A program made the position numbers and the translations under genes. The notes beneath the pieces are model-generated. The model was not told where the DNA came from. It made no database searches and saw only the letters and a program-made list of their open reading frames with translations. A stretch of DNA of 64,000 bases, taken from Callorhinchus milii. Its lineage: Eukaryota. This document shows positions 24,603 to 38,982 of this stretch, piece by piece (position 1 is the stretch's first letter; each line of letters starts with the position of its first letter). The stretch lies in the NCBI RefSeq assembly GCF_018977255.1, contig NW_024704742.1:104472001-104536000 (forward strand). Direction: 5' to 3'.

Positions 24603-26075
24603 CTAAATAGGAGACAACAGAATGAAGAATAAGAAATAAATGTTATTTACCAACTGACACATGGTGCTTGTTGGCTAATCACCACAAGTGCTATAATTAA
24701 CACATTTCTTATTTTAACCCACAAAATAGTAGATAGTTAAGAATCATTCAGGTAAAATATGATTATGGTCAGAAGTAAATAAGAATGAACATATGTCTAT
24801 AAAAGATTATAATTGTATGTTTTATTTTAATGGATTTATACAAACCCTCTGAGCTTAAATTTCCTCTATACTGAATTTCCTTAATGTATATCCTATTTTA
24901 TAATAATATAATCCTTGCATTTGATATCAAGCCTTTAATGCTAAGAGAATGTTTGAAAAGGCTTTGCTGGATATACTGCAAAGTGAAGTTGCTATGTATT
25001 CTGAAGGCAAATGTGGGAGCCAGTTAGCACATGACAATGTTCCACTAACAGTGATGAAGTGAATAACCAATTTGGGGGAATCTTGGCTAGGATATCAAGA
25101 GAAACTTCCTTATATTTTAAATATTGCTATGGGATCTTTTATGGACACCTGAACAGGCGAAGCAGATCTCAGTTTCATTTCTTATCTGAAGTATGGCACC
25201 TCCAACAATGCAGCAAACCACCAGCACTTCAATGACGTGTCAGCATAGACTATATGAGTTCTGACAACCCACAATTCAAAGGCGAGAGTGATACCGACTG
25301 AGTCAGATTGACACCTTTTGCAACTTGTATATATTAATGTGCAATAAATGACTTAATTTTTCCTGCTATAATAGATTGTTTTACTAAGAAAGACAATTGA
25401 TTTTTATACAGATTTAGTGACATTTATCAGGGGAACTGAAATGAAAAAGTGCACAACAGGACTAATAATAATAATATACAGGAGTTTTACATATAAAACA
25501 GTATATTGTTGTACAACTATCAGCAGAGGATGTTACAATATTGCACTAGTATTATAAGTCGTATGTAATTCCCCTAAGGTTCCTGTAACATAATGGACAA
25601 ATCAAAAAGAAACAGTGGCCTTATTGCCTATGTTGAAGAGTGAATGGCAAAAATTGATTTGACTGTAACATTCCAATGAGAAAATTATACCAAATACAAT
25701 AACATTTAGTGGCATGTTCGATGACAATTGATGACAGTTGACACTCATCAGAGCTTGAGTTGTAATTTATGACGACCTCCAGGTGCCTTTAACAATTTAC
25801 ATGGTAGCAACACAAAAAGGTTGAGATAACATCATAAACCACGAGAGCAATAGTCGAGCGGTTCATGACTGTAATCTCACCCCAAGATGTGTTACATCCT
25901 TGGAACGTACTCCACTTTGCATTATACTGCACACTGTGCACAGGTCAAATGTAGAGGACGCTTATTCCAATCTATTTAACTAAAACAGCAATTTGGTGCA
26001 AATAGACGATGCCCTGCTGGGTAGGATGGTAGATGATGTCTGTTGTGGCTTTCAACAGAGAAGTAGACAGGCATA

Positions 26076-26335
26076 AACAATACAATACAAAATTACATTT
26101 GTAAATAGCCTTTCATGTCAGGAGAACAGCCCAAGGCGCTGAACAATCAGGGATTAGGAGTTGGGGGGTTGGGGAGGAGGGTGGCTGAAGGCACGTTGAA
26201 AAAGGAGGGTCTTGAGGCGTGCCTTGAAGGAGGCAAGGGAGGGAGAGATGCAAAGGAAATGTGGGAGTTCCAGAGGGTGGGGGCAGAGAGGCTGAAGGCC
26301 GACTGTCGATGTGGGGCGGGCCAGACAGGGGATAT
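26076..26335 (-). mobile_element. L2 LINE 3' fragment
   Basis: AFSLSAPTLWNS in ORF 26147..26659 plus an L2-type tail. Confidence 0.8.
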
Positions 26336-28507
26336 GAAAGAGAGCGGCTTGAAGGAGTTTGGGCTAAGGTGGGGCAGTGGGTTTGAAGTGATCTCCTTGC
26401 TCTGTAAGGCGTTGTAGACTCGATGGGCCAAATGGCTTCTTTCTGCACTGTAGACTTGGGTATTTCTGTTTTCTATGTGTATTGTATCACATGATCTGAA
26501 ATACAATGATGTCAGGCTTTGTTTCACTGTGAGGAAAATTGTACATATAGCCTGGTAAAACATCCCAAGCCACAGTTTTGTGAAGTTTAAAACATCATTG
26601 TTGTCTTTTCTAAAATGCTGGATTAATGTAGTATAATTCTGAGAGAGCTGCAATATCATAAGTACCTAAAAAAAACTAATATCTTAGTATTAATGGATCA
26701 GTATTATTGTTGACAGATTACACAGTTGCCTATTTGTCCTTGTTTAGATATTTTCATATTCATATTCTCATACCCAAACAGCCAAGAGAATAGGTGTGGC
26801 TTGGACACAGTATTTTCAACAGCCACTGACATATCATTAACCTTCAATGGACATGTATTAGGTAACACGTTGAGATGGTAAAGCTAATTTTTCTTGATTC
26901 TATGAATCCCTTGGTGGTATGTTATAAGGAACTCCACCTAAGTGTTGAGCTAAGAACTGAAGTAACCCATCATAATTGAGATTGACAGATTGAAGTATCT
27001 GGTTTCTCTGAGGATTAAATATTTGACCTGAGGGTTGTAAAGGATGCTTTTCACCAAATTTTCCACATCAATGGACTTCATTATAACGGTTATAATTAAC
27101 TTGTTTAGAAGCCTCTATTCAGCAGTCTTTCATAAAAATGTGAACACTGATATTTAAAATAGCTTTTCTATTCTCTTACTTAAGCAAGATCTCACAGCTA
27201 TTATTACTTTGCTAGGCAAAAACAAATCAAAGTAGTATTCAAGCATTTTACACAATCACCAAAGATTTTAAAACAACTAAAATACAACTTTTAGTATTGG
27301 TAATAAATTAAATATTTCTCAGATCTTCTGGCAACATTTTATCTTATAAGAAAAAAAACAATGTTTGCGCAATTAGTTATTTTTCAGTTTGAAAATGAAT
27401 CCCAGTCTCTGGTAATACAGGAAAATAGTGTTTTGTGAGCGAACGCCACAGCCAATTTGGGCACACTAGTGTCCGACAAACAGCCGTGAAGTGAATAACC
27501 AATCTTAATTGGGGGACTGTTGGCCAGGACATCAGGGGAAAATCTCCTGGTGCATGAATGATGGCAATGTTCGCGCTGCAATTTAGAAGGTAGTGATTTG
27601 GGGCTATGTGTTTATCCGGACTCAGATTAATTGATTTTTAGTAGTATTTCAAGAGGGTCCAGAATTTAACAAATTGTTGCATTCAGTCTTAACTTTGAAG
27701 TCAGTTTTCTTTTGACAGAAAACAGACTTCAAAATTAACGCAGTATTCAAAAAATTCTCCAAAAATAGAGTAAATCTAGACCAGAGTGCAATTTCTCCTC
27801 ATCAATGTCTTAATTATTGACTAGTCAGGAAATGTGATCCTCCCCCACTTAGTCACGATAGGTGGGCTCAAAGTTGACCAAGTTGTATATTGAAATGGAT
27901 ACCGGGTTAATTAAAATAAAATATCACTCTTGCTGAAATTCCACTGATTGGCACTCCAATTTTGCAGTTGGAATGTAATACATAATGCAGCTGGCTTTGG
28001 TACCTATTATTGTATGGAGACAGGGGCCACATTTCAAGGACCAGTGGATAATTAAGTCATTTCCAGGACTCATTGTACAACAATGTATAGAATTCATTAC
28101 CATCAGTGACTACTAAGGGATGAATAAGGTGGATGAATATTGGATAAATAAATTCACTCAAAAGCAAACTAGTAAGTACTTGAGCCATAAAATATTAAGG
28201 AAGGTGAGGAAAGAGCTGGAAATTGGGTTAAGAAGAAGGCGACACAGACGTGATGGGTGGAATGGTCTTCTGGGCTGAAAATATTCCTATGAAATGTGAC
28301 CTGATCAAAGATTTGAAGACCAGGAGACACAAGGTAAAAATTCAAAATTAGGAAAGGAAGTGAGAGAGATCTTGCAAACATATAGTAGTGGAATAAGTAA
28401 CTAAATGAAATCTTTGCAGTATAAATGAGTTAACTAGATCGGTTTATAATAATGGTAATTATTGCATTCGATCAGGTCACCTAGAAACAAGCATTTCAAC
28501 ATAAAAA

Positions 28508-28821
28508 TAATAATCCTAATAATCCTAGCATTTGATGCAGCACTTTTCATTGTCTTCTAGATGTCTCAAAGCGCTTCACAGAATATACTGTAAAGTGAAT
28601 TGACTGTACATTTGTGGGCGAAACACGGCAGTCAATTGCACACAGCAGTGTCCCACAAACAGTCATGAATTGAAGTGACCAATTTATTATTTTTTTCTTG
28701 AGGGATTATTATCAGCCGTGTGGTGTAAGGAAACTCGCCCACAGTTTTGCCCTGCTGGGAATCGATCCCAGGACTCTCACTTGTGAGGCGAGTGCTCTAA
28801 CCACTGAGCTACGGGATTCCA
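28508..28821 (-). mobile_element. tRNA-derived SINE
   Basis: Reverse-complement head ctaaccactgagctacgggattcca, with core and tail present. Confidence 0.85.
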
Positions 28822-29420
28822 CAGAGAAGACCATTCCACCATCAAAAGGACATCTCAAAGCGCTTCACATAATTTACTGTAAAATGCAGTGAATGTGCAG
28901 TTCAGGTGGAAAGAGCTCAAAATAGAATTAATTTGGGTTAATCAGTGTTCCAAATTATTAAAAAGAATTGATTCCAATGCTCAACTTTCCTCGCTCTAAC
29001 AGCAACCATTCATATTTCAATTCCGTAATACAGAGGACAAAATTGAAGTTGTACAGAATTGCAAAGGAAATAGCATTGACCTCTCAATCTGGAAAATGAT
29101 GCTAGTAGCATCGAGTAGAAAAATACGACATCGAATAAATCTATCTGCTAAAAGTAATATTAAAAAAACTAAAACATATTAATACAATTTAGATTGAGCT
29201 CATTAAATTCTATAAAGTACCGTATGTAAATCATATGTAAATTATGCTCTACATGTGAAACTAATGTTTACAGAGGGACCATTAAGCATGTTCCCTCAAT
29301 GATGTACTGTACTTTTGTAATTGGTTTCACAATTACATAATTGAGAGCACCTAAATTCCTCTGTATGCTTGCAATGCATACATGGAGCATAATAGATTCC
29401 AATGTGTGGAGATTATTTGT

Positions 29421-29532
29421 AAACCATACAAGTTGAATGAGTAACAGCATACAGCTAAAACGTGCTCGTGCATAAAATATGCATGATCATATTTTAGCTA
29501 TTTTGCTGTTACTCATTCAACTTGTATGGTTT
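29421..29532. repeat. 112-bp near-perfect palindrome (hairpin)
   Basis: Perfect 29-bp arms at 29421-29449 and 29504-29532; the inner part also pairs, with about 6 mismatches, around a few-nt A loop. Confidence 0.9.
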
Positions 29533-32347
29533 GCTTTTGCTGAGATTTTTATTTGCAATCATTTTTGAATGATAAGGATATCCATTTGCATTACTAAATA
29601 CTATACCCAATCGAATGGGAGTAACAAAATGAAAGGATCGGCCAAAGATCACAAGAGAGGCTCGGATGAAGTAGGCTCTCAGCCCATGTGATTGTTTGTC
29701 TCCAGAACACCCTACCCTACTGTCCTTCCATCACAGCAGGATGCAGTTTTTTTCCCAACGTTTCCAGCGTCCTGGTCTCAACCACTCATCAAATACCACT
29801 TGACATAAATGGGCTTATCCGTGAAAGCCAAGAAGTAAATTTCTCCCCTATACTTTTGTAGTATATTCCAATGGTAAAGCTCACATTTTATTTAATCATC
29901 ATTTCAGTTTTATTATCTCCAAAATATAATCTATGACTTTAAATCATAAATCTGATATAAATTTGAAATCCTTAGAGAAAAGCTTTCTAACACGCTTGAA
30001 ATGAGAAGCTGAGTGAGGGATTGGCCCTTCAAATCCTCAAGTCCTGTCATTGCTATAATCACATAACCTCAATATTAAATTCTAAAATTTACCATTGGTT
30101 TGCTGTATGAACAATGAGTTGCTAGGATTCAGTTCCATTCCTCAGCCTTGGCATTTCTGATCTTCATAAGCATACACATTTACATCCAAAAATATAATAC
30201 TAATAATAGTCCTTGCATTTGATACAGCGCTTTATCACATTTTTGAAATGTCTCAAAGTGCTTCACAGGGTTTTACTGTTAAGTATACTGTGTATTCGTA
30301 GGCAAATATTGTAGCCAGTTCACAGAGCATTGTCAGAGGTGCCATCCTTCAGATGAGAAATTAATGCAAGGCTCCATCTGCCTGCCCCGGTGGATGTTAA
30401 AGAGCCCTTGGCATTATTCGAAAAGAGAAATAAGTTGCACCTGGCATCCTTGCTTTGGGGTTTGTTGACCAGGATGCCAGGTGCTAGGGTGAAACATTAT
30501 GTGTATGTATATACTATAGTGATATGTGAGGGTGAGTGAATATGAAATAAGAGAGAGAAAGGGGAAAGCAAATCAGATTACTGATTTGCTGAATACNTTT
30601 TTTATTCCACATCTGTGTAGTATTGAGGGACCTATTTGAAATGAATAAAATTACATTAAGGTGATGTGATACTCGTCTATTCAGTATGCTGGAGTATCAG
30701 CATGCATTATCATCATAGAGTTTAATGCCAGAGTGAGAGGAGATTTCAAGCAATCGACAAAGCAAGGCAGTGGCAAGTTGTCAAAGGCCAAGAGAAGTCA
30801 CGGAGGTATGCTATGCTGCTAAATAGAAAATTCAGATAACAGGAAAGCAGCCTGTAACATTGGCTCTACAGTTCTTGTGGCTCATGGAATTACACTAGCA
30901 CTGACTATTATGTTCAATTTGTATTTAAATTCAAGTGGTTTATAATTTATGAACTATAAATAAGCCTGATATGCAGCATTGGACTTGGACTGCTAGAACA
31001 TCAAGGTAGCTGACACGTAACAAGCTGTCCTTTATTGGTCATTCCCCCATGTTGAAGGCAAATGAAACCTTTTGAATAGCTGATAGGGAAAATTAATTGA
31101 CATTCACTATATTGCAAGAATATAGAGGGGCGGGGGAGGGATAAATGTGGTCTCCTTCGAATTGAACTGGCTCCAAGGTCCTTGGCAATGAGGTCTCAGA
31201 ATCAAGAATCGTCTGTGCTAGAATTGGTAGTCCAGTTCCTGAGCCAGACAGGTCTTTAGCTGGTTGGACTCGAACCATACCCCAATGCACATTCTGAGGT
31301 CCCCAAGTCTTGGCACTTGCCAACCTGCTTCTAATTCGCAAGAAATAGGTAAGATGGGCATGTCTCTGTGGTGAGAGTGCATATTCTACAACAACAACTT
31401 GCATTTATATAGCGCCACTCACAGGGAGTAGCATCCCAGGGCGATTGGATTCTATTCCAAAAACGGGAATTTCCATGTGTAGGTGGCATGAATAGAACTC
31501 TCAGTGTGGTGTTGATACTCTTAAGCGTGTTGATAAGCTTGAGCATGTGTCAAGACACCTGGCTGACCAATTTTTTGTTTTAAAAAAGGCAGTTTTTAAG
31601 ATTCAACAAAGCACTCATGAAAACTTCAGTCTCAAGATATACACAGCCAAGATTTTATGCCTGAAACTGAACAAGCCAATCATGCAAAGTAATTCAGCTC
31701 AGAAACTCAGAAATTCATTTGTTTAAGTCACTGGAACATACTTTTGAAGACATAAGTGCATATTATCCAAATGCTAATACATGTAAGGTTATACTTCTCT
31801 GTGTTCAACTGCTGTGACACAGGGAATGCCAATTTAATTGAAAGCAACAGAGATCCATTCCTTTTATTCTCTTAGGTATTGAAATTTAGATTTCAATAGT
31901 GTCAAACACAACCATGGTCCTTCCTCCTAGACTATTAACATGAATATTTTGGAGGCATAATTTTGAAAAGAAAAGCTTTGTCAACTTTCACTGAATATAC
32001 TTTATGCGAATATTGAAAGCAAGGTCTGACAATAGGAAAAGAGCAACATTCATTCACCTCTTTCTGCTTAAATATTTTACTGCTGAGATTACTATTGTAA
32101 AAAGCACTCATTTTAAATGGCATATTCAGACTTTTTTTCTATTATGTTTGGCTAAAAAAATTCTACAGATTAATTCTGTCAATATAATTCTATTTCAGTC
32201 TGAAATGCTATCTCTTCTGAAAGACGGCAAATAATTCTGCAGTCGCTATTGGAACGTTTAAAAGGATATTGTTATTGCAATTTTCAATCTTATATTCCAG
32301 AAAAGCACAAATACTTTTCAATGGTTTCAGAGCATATAAAGTTATTT

Positions 32348-32700
32348 ACAACAACCACAACTTGGATTTATATAGCGTCCTCCACGCTGGACGGCATCTC
32401 AGAGCGCTTCAGAGTAATGGAACCCGGGGCCGAGCCAGGGGGAGTAAGGTGACCAAAGGCGCGGTCGAAGAGAAACGTCTTCAGCAGAGACCTGAAAATA
32501 GGAAGAAAGGGAGAGAGGCGAAGGGAGTGAGGAAGGCAGTTCTAGAGCCTCGGGGCATAGTGGCTGAAGGTACGGCCGCCGGGGGTGGAGTGGAGGACTC
32601 GGAGGAGGCCAGACCCGGAGGAACGAAGGCAACAGGTACTGATTTGAGGAGAGAGGAGGTCAGAGAGGTAGGGGCGTGCAAAGGAGTGGAGGGATTTAAA
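32348..32700 (-). mobile_element. L2 LINE 3' fragment, same subfamily as 17962-18570
   Basis: FKSLHSFARPYLSDLL...LRSSGSGLL...GGRTFSHYAPRL; nucleotide sequence closely parallels 17962-18330. Confidence 0.87.
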
Positions 32701-35544
32701 TACAAAAGTGACAACTTTGTCATTTTCTGTCATGAACAGAGCTTAGGCATACAGGGTGGAGAACTTGGTAAAAATATTTAAGATCTTGAAGCATTTAGAA
32801 AATGTAGTAGTTTTCTACAGTGTACAAAATTCAAGAACAAAGGGGTGACATCTTCAAAACTGTCACATCAAAGATGATATGATGTGCAGGAGATCTGGTT
32901 TCATAAAAGATTGATTGGCATATGTTTTATTAGCACAGTTGGTGGAACAAAAAACTACAAAGTGTTTCAAAACTGAACTGATTTGTTGCTGTTAAATAAA
33001 TTGTTTCAGGGTTATTAAATAAAATATTTCTGGGTTATTAACTATTCCTTGCAATTCCATTTGAAATAGTGCACATTATATTAAAATGTCTCAAAGTCTT
33101 AAGTGGAATTTTCTGTAAATTATAGCGACGGTTTGTGAAGTCAAACGTGCTGTGCACAGAATATGTACACAGCAACGTTCCACAAACTGCATTTAATCTC
33201 TGAAGATTGTTGGCTAGGACATTGGAAGAAACTCCTCTTGTCATGGGATCTTTAATGCCTACCTAATTAGGCAGACAAGACCTTAGTTTAGCATCTCATC
33301 CAAAAGATGTCCTCTCCAAAAATGCAGTGCTCCCCAAGGACTTAATTGGAGTGTCATCACCATGAGCTCAAAGTGGATTATTCATCCCTCCCCCCATAAA
33401 AATAATCCTACATATTCAGTTCTCCCCACATCTCTTTTGCATTACCAATCCACAGTCCAGAAAAATAGCACAATAGAGTATGCACTGCTACATTCTACAA
33501 CAATCTCACTTTTATCTTACACGCCACCAATATCAATACAATTGGATTAGCTGTTTTGTGATTTTTCTTTCAGCATTCACTCTGACAGAAACAACTGATC
33601 TGATTTCTAGATGGTCTGTGAAAAAGCCAGAACTGTGAAAAATTGCCACAATGCAAGTTGCCTCTGAAGACAAAACACATAATTTAGTGAATGTGAAATA
33701 AACATTTACAAGTTTGTGTAATGGCATGGATCACTCTCCTCTGGGGGAAACATATCCCCTATGAGGCTGCAGAACTCTTTTCTAGTTTCACGAGACATCA
33801 GAAGACAACCTACAAATATCTTTTCTACTACATATTTTCCACCAATTTAAGGCAGCATATTGCATCTATGTTAAGCACTGGGATCTGATGCACACGCCAC
33901 TAGTGAATCCAGAATCAGATACTTTCCTCGTACTCAGACTACCAATTAAAACATAGAAATTTTATTTAAACTTTAAAAAGATCACCAGTAAAATAATAAA
34001 TCAGCCAAGGCAACAGTAATTATTTAACTATCACAATGACAGGGAATTACAGAATCTTTTAAATGAAGTGTGGAACATGCTGAAAGACATTTTGATCTCT
34101 ACACAAGGGTGCCACTTTGTCAAAAGTATTCAATTTAGGCCAATTGTGGATATATAGCAATTTAAACAAAACTGGTTAATCTCAGTGATTCTAGATTTGT
34201 GATTTACTTCAGAGCTTATCCCTAAAATACAGAATATTTGAAAAAATAATTAGAATGAGGTACAAGAGTCTAGAAATATATTGTTTGCTGCTTTACTTTT
34301 TCTATATCTTGATGACAAGCCAGTTGTAACAAGGTTACTCAATGAGACTTGCATTGAGTGATGTGTTCATTATTAATGAAAGATTGGATGTTTGTCTGGA
34401 GCATAAATCCATAATAATACAAAAAAACAGAAAATGTGACTAGCTTATTAATGTTTGAGAGATTCCAGCACAGAATGCAAATGAGACAGAAATCATGAAA
34501 CCAAAAGGAAGTGAAAGAAATAGCTTTCAACAGATGTCATGATTAAAAATTTACGTTCCCCACATTAAGATATACAGAAGTAATGCTCCCATATTGTATT
34601 CAAAAGCATGTATCTATGCTTATTACTATCCAAATAAATACAACTTTCAATACCTTTTACACTGATACTTGCACAGCCAATGAACCAGTTCCAAACAACA
34701 ACACCTGGACTGATTAACAAATTAGCACCATTTATATGCACTGAAAGCTACTCTGGGGATTAGGTCAAATTATATTTGTGATGTGCACATCTTATGAGAC
34801 CATAAATAAATTTAGCAGCAGTATTCCTGTAGTCGTCATGTGGTTATCTCTCTTTTGAAATGAGCGCTCAAGTTGTTTTATTTGTAGGGGAAAGGGAAGT
34901 GAGAAGAGGGATTGCAAATGCAGTGGTTTGCCACAAATTTCATTAAATGGGGGATTCCTGCTGGTAAACAGCAGTATTATGCAACCAACTCATATGGATC
35001 CTGTGGTTAAAGGAGACTCTTGGATGAAGAGTTCCGGCAGATCGGCTTGAGACACATCTGATAAGTGAAGTATTTGTCCTTTCCGAATCAATTGAAGAAT
35101 TCTGCAAATTATGATAGCTTTGAAATGTAGGTTACAGAGATAAGGAATCATAGATAATGAAATGTTCTCCGGATCATAATGACTCTTGTTTTGTAATCTG
35201 CAGAAAGCAACTTCTAAGAGTTCAATTCTTTTGAGGATCAGGAAGTATTTAAATGGAATGTTCACTGAGGAGATTAAATAAGTAGGACACAGTTGACGTT
35301 AGGATAAATTGTACACTGTTTTGTGAAACAGGCTGGACGGATTGCACAGCCTTACTCATTCCACTTCTTTTATGTTTTGTAAATCAAAAGTGTAAATATA
35401 ATTCATTAGGTAAGTGTCTCATATATATTTTATACCTTGAACTTGTTTACAAATAGAGTTCATTTAATGTTTTACACAGAAGATGACCAACAATTAAATT
35501 CTGTCTTTTTTTATTTCATCTCGGGATGTGGGTGTTACTGGCAT

Positions 35545-35737
35545 TATTATATATAATTTGGTCGCTCAATCAACGACTGTTTGTGGGACACTGCTGTTCG
35601 CAATTGGCTGCCGTGTTTCACCCACAAAAATTGACTGTATGTCAATTCATTTTACAGTATATTCTGTGAAGCGCTTTGAGACGTCTCAAAGCCGCAATGA
35701 GGCGCTATCAAATGTAAGTATTATTATTATTATTTAT
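35545..35737 (+). mobile_element. Truncated SINE (core plus tail)
   Basis: cgactgtttgtgggacactgctgttcgcaattggctgcc...gaagcgctttgagacgtctc...attattatt. Confidence 0.8.
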
Positions 35738-36214
35738 TGTCTATCCCTGGTTGCCCTCAAAATGTGCTGGTGGGTTTTCTCTGGAAGCTGCTACAATTTT
35801 TCATTACTAAGCTTACAACCACAAGAACACGTATTAATGAACTCACATTTTGCAGGAACACTTATGACAGAATGGTACACTGGATAAAACAGAATTCATG
35901 AAATGAGTTAAACACAAATTATAGGTTAGGTTCTTTGGAGTCATATATACCATACTACAATAGAAATACAAAGATTTGGTGAAGAATAAAATGACTATAT
36001 TCTGCAATGGCTATTGATTGCTGGTGATCTGTACGAAATTCATTCCAGACAATTTTACAGTATAATCTAAGCACATTTTTGATCTAAGCAACACCAGCGT
36101 ACCAAACCATTTCTATTTAATTAAGCAGATTCTTAATTCAAACATCACACTTCAATGCAATATCCTGATTCAAGCAAAAAAAAATTCCAGATTATTCTTC
36201 CTTTAAACAAGCGG

Positions 36215-37021
36215 CATACTAAACTGATTGGCTCCCATCAGCGCCTCCTCACCTCAGGCACTGACAGCATCACCATCCATGGTTGCACACTCCATCTCAC
36301 TGAGCCAGTCCGGAACCTTGGGGTCTTGTTTGACCCTCAACTATCCTTTCTACCCCACATCTGTACCATGACCCGCTCTGTCTTCCCCCACCTCTACATC
36401 ACCCGGCTCCGATACGGTCTCACACCGCAAGCCGCTGAAAACCTCATACACGCTTTCATTACATCGAGGCTCAACTATGTAGTCATTGCTTGTTGGCCTC
36501 CCCAACTCCTCGTTCCAGAACTCTGCAGCCCGCGTCCTCTCCCGCGCTAGGCTCCGTGACCCTATCACCCCCATCCTCGCCCAACTCCACTGGCTTCCCA
36601 TCACACAAAGGATACAGTTCGAGATCCTGCTCCTCACCTTCAAAACCCTCCATGGCCTTGCTCCCCCCTACCTCCATGACCTCCTAACCCCCTACCATCC
36701 TGCTCGCTCCCTCCACTCAGCGGGCTCCAGCCTGCTCACGTCCCATGCCTTGCTCGACCCACTATTGGCGGGTGGGCCTTCTGCCACTCTGTCCCCACCC
36801 TCTGGAACTCCATCCCACAGTCCCTCTGCCTCGCCCCCTCCCTTGCTTCCTTCAAGAACCATCTCAAGACCCTCCTCTTCAACCGTGCTTTTGATCTCCC
36901 TGCCTTCCCCCTGCCCTCTACCCTTCCCGACCCTGAGCTCATGTCCGAAACCTCTGTCTGTCCAGCATCTTGGAACGTCCTCCTGATGTGAAAATTACAA
37001 ATGTAATTTTGTTGTTGTTGT
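36215..37021 (+). mobile_element. L2 LINE 3' fragment
   Basis: VRNLGVLFDPQLSF, AFITSRLNY, QNSAARVL, LHWLPI..RIQF; tail gttgttgttg. Confidence 0.9.
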
Positions 37022-38792
37022 AAATATATGCAATCTCCTGCCAGTTTGTTTTCCAGACATTTGTACATTTTAAAAAGCTAAATCGTTTTTATGTTAAATA
37101 TATTCCCGTGATAAGCATTTTCTTTTAATTTATTTGGATTGAATCACTCAATAAATGGTTAAATGAGTGGAGGTTTAAAGATTTTGTCACTAGCTATTTT
37201 TATCTTTTTTATAGAGATGCTGATCCAAGTTATTAAATTTCTTGCCAAAGTACTGTACTTGCATGTTTCAGGATTTGAGTGCTATCTGTAAGGAGGATGT
37301 TTGACGCACACTTGAGCTTTAGTGCAACAAAGAGACTGAAGAACACAGATGTCTGTATGTAAATATTGGGCAAAGTAATGCCCAATTCTTACATATTTTC
37401 TCCAACTTTCTTGTTAGAGACCTTTAACTTCACATCATTGAGTCAAGATGAAATAATTTAAAATACAAAGAGACCATGGACTTCCATTGTCTAAATATGA
37501 ATCCTATCGGTTACCTAAGCCTCCCTGCTCCTCCCTTTCTCACCCTTCCTTTATCCAGTCCTTCACTACCTGTTCCCCCACTGCCATGTCCAGTATAGAT
37601 CCCTGAGGCACATTTAATACCATAATTATGAGGTTGGTAAGACAAGATCTAACTCTACTGAATGTTATTAATTAGGTTATTTTTATGCAAATATTAATTA
37701 TATGAACCAAATGATTGTATTAGACTGTGAGTGGGGTAAGAATGTGAAGAGGAAATGGCAGAGTGAGAAATTCTAAAGTTACAGAATCAAATTAGATTTA
37801 AGGTTAGTTAACAAATCTATTACAGCAGCATATGCCCTTAGCAAAGTAAAAGCTAGATGTCTGGCAAACCTAAGGGGTTCTTTTTGAATTGTGTTTGAAT
37901 TTATGTCCTGCAAAGATTTTTACTCATCATTTTAATACTGCATTAAGGGGTCTCCCAATAAGATCATTTTTCTCTAATAAGGATACATGATAAAAAGGTT
38001 TTACATTAGCATTTTGCCTCGTAAAGCCTGTGGCTTTTTTGAGATTAAGAAAAGTTCACAGGAATATTTTTATAGCTAGAAGCAAAAATTACATGCAAAC
38101 TGAAGTTAATTGCCAAACTTAAATTGTATTCTGTCAAATTATTTAGTGGTACTTTGTCTAGTGTATTATTTTGTACAAAAACATACCTGGCACATTACAA
38201 GATGATTGATCAAATAAGACTATATTAGTTGACAGTTTCACTAACAATCTTGTCACTGATAAATGACTTAGCTTTGCAGTAACATATATAACCAAGTCAC
38301 TTATTGGAGGGTTCTCTGAAGCATCTGGTAGCTCTTGGGAAACGGCAGAGAAAACAGCACAACAGCAATGATTTTATGTATTGAACTTGTCACTTTATGA
38401 TCTGGTAACCTCTGTGGTACTATCCAATAAAATACTGCAGTATGAATGCAGTTTTCTCTTATGCCGTATATTCTGAACCATGTTTATCAGTATAAAAGTT
38501 CCTGCAAAAGTCTCTGCAAGGTTACACTTCTTTTTGAATCAAATGTATTTATCTTAGATTAACCCATATGCATGAAAACAAAGTCAACATGGGCTACATC
38601 CAACTGAATGTAATACAATAAAAGTCACATAAGTCTTATCTTGATAAATCGGATAATAGCCTAAGTTGTGCATTCACCTGAGTCTCATCCATTTTCCTAT
38701 CAAAAACACTTAGATTTCTTTGTACTATTCGTATTAATCATACCCTAATTCGTAACACGGCTCCCCTATCCTCCATTACTCCCACATGTACA

Positions 38793-38982
38793 AGCTGCAT
38801 TGAATCGCGGGAAATGTAATCTTGATCCGTCGTCGCATGCGCAGAAGACTTTAATTTCCTGCGAGCCAATGCAATTCCAACACTTGCTGGTAAGTGCACA
38901 TAGGCCAATGGGTCAAGACGCATTGAATCGCAGGAAATGTCTTGACCCATCACTGCATGTGCACTTACCAGCTGCATTGAAT
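38793..38982. repeat. Compound direct and inverted repeat module
   Basis: GCATTGAATCGC(G/A)GGAAATGT at 38797 and 38920, with an inverted copy at 38854-38872. Perfect inverted pairs at 38886-38901/38957-38972 (16 bp) and 38909-38919/38939-38949 (11 bp). Confidence 0.85.

Noticed and set aside
30437..30484. 14-bp perfect inverted repeat GCACCTGGCATCCT...AGGATGCCAGGTGC
   Set aside because: It sits at the end of rearranged old SINE fragments (about 30200-30450) and is best explained as a local inverted duplication of SINE sequence.
30567..30597. Perfect 10-bp hairpin AGCAAATCAG-ATTA-CTGATTTGCT beside a single N at 30597
   Set aside because: Short enough to arise by chance, and the N suggests a local assembly ambiguity.
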